DNA from: Candidatus Oxydemutator sp.
Lineage (GTDB): Bacteria; Pseudomonadota; Gammaproteobacteria; Poriferisulfidales; Oxydemutatoraceae
DNA length: 64,000 nt
NCBI GenBank assembly: GCA_965203445.1
Contig: OZ241883.1
Location: 2,240,001-2,304,000, forward strand
Direction: 5' to 3'
Shown: positions 62,391 through 64,000 of the stretch, in pieces
Numbering within the stretch: the first letter of the stretch is position 1
Layout: each line of letters starts with the position of its first letter
The notes under the pieces: model-generated
What the model was told of the DNA's origin: nothing
Seen by the model: the letters and a program-made list of their open reading frames with translations, nothing else
Database searches by the model: none
Position numbers and translations under genes: made by a program

Positions 62391-63288
62391 GCCCGTTCCC
62401 CGATGATGCACACTTCCGGGTGCAGGCGTACGCCGGTGCCGCGCTCGACCGCGTCGCGCACGCGCTCTATCAGCCGCTCGATGTCGGCGGCGGTCGCACG
62501 GCCGCGGTTGACGATGAAATTGGCGTGTTTTGCGGACACCTCGGCGTCCCCCACCGAGCACGACTTCAAGCCGCATTGCTCTATCAGGCGCGCGGCGTGG
62601 TCGTTCTCCGGATTCCTGAACACCGAACCGCAGCTGTACTCCCCCAACGGCTGCGCGCGCGCGCGCGTGCGCAGCAGCCTCTTCAGGCGCGCGCGCAGCG
62701 CGACGGCGTCGGCGCCGCGGCGCAGTGCGAACTCGGCGGACAGAAACCATTCCTCGTCCGGCATGTCGACGCGCCGGTAGGCGACGACGAAATCGCGCGC
62801 TTCGCGCCGCCGTCGCCGTCCGTCGCGCGCCATCGTCTCGACCGACGACACCCGCCGCCAGGTCTCGTCGCCGAAGGCACCGGCGTTCATGCGCAGCGCG
62901 CCGCCGACCGTGCCCGGGATACCGGCCATGAACTCCAGCCCCTCGAGACCCGCGCCCACGCAACGGCGCGCGAGCCGCGTGCACGCGGTGCCGGCGGCGG
63001 CGCGCACACGGTCGCCGTCCAGCATCTCGATACGATCGAAACCCTTGCGCAACGAGATAACGACGCCGCGCACGCCGCCGTCCCTGATCAGCACGTTGCT
63101 GCCCAGCCCCAGATACGTGACCGGATGGCCGGCGGCGCAGTCCGACAGAAAATACGCCAGGTCGTCGGCGTCGCGCGGCTCGAACAGGCAGTCGCCGGTG
63201 CCGCCGACGCGCCAGGAATTGAGGCGCGCCAGCCGGCAGTCGAAGTGCAAGCCGCCGCGCAGCGCGGCCGTGTCGCAGGCCAGACGGA

Positions 63289-63292
<4 letters not shown>
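62387..63292 (-). CDS. murB: UDP-N-acetylmuramate dehydrogenase
   Basis: GLGSNVL, GIPGTVGG, MNAGA, GSVFRNP, KHANFIVN. Confidence 0.97.

Positions 63293-64000
<708 letters not shown>

Overview
GC-rich gammaproteobacterial chromosome segment, mostly core operons: thrC-hom-alaC, nlpD-pcm-surE, moeA/moaE, the lpxA-bamA-rseP-dxr-tsf-rpsB cluster, map-dapD-dapE, cysM-acpS-pdxJ-recO-era-rnc-lepB, mutT-argJ-secA and the lpxC-ftsZ-murC part of dcw. The main accessory region is a ~12-kb type II CRISPR-Cas locus (38.8-50.6 kb) that looks chimeric. It has a Francisella-type (II-B) array of 46 repeats, II-B-like cas1/cas2/cas4 and a Francisella-type tracrRNA. These sit with a divergent, AT-richer 1321-aa Cas9 that has its own second tracrRNA candidate and a ~210-aa cadherin/Ig-like insertion before RuvC-III. 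The array holds a 549-bp cassette (PBECR2-like RNase ORF plus a convergent structured RNA with a half repeat) and an apparent off-register spacer integration with an exact 37-bp duplication. Also present: a tnpB-only element with 32-bp terminal inverted repeats between dapD and dapE, an unlinked 5S rRNA, and 33-bp palindromic tandem repeats beside two housekeeping promoters. All family calls are by motif recognition; no database searches or folding programs were run.
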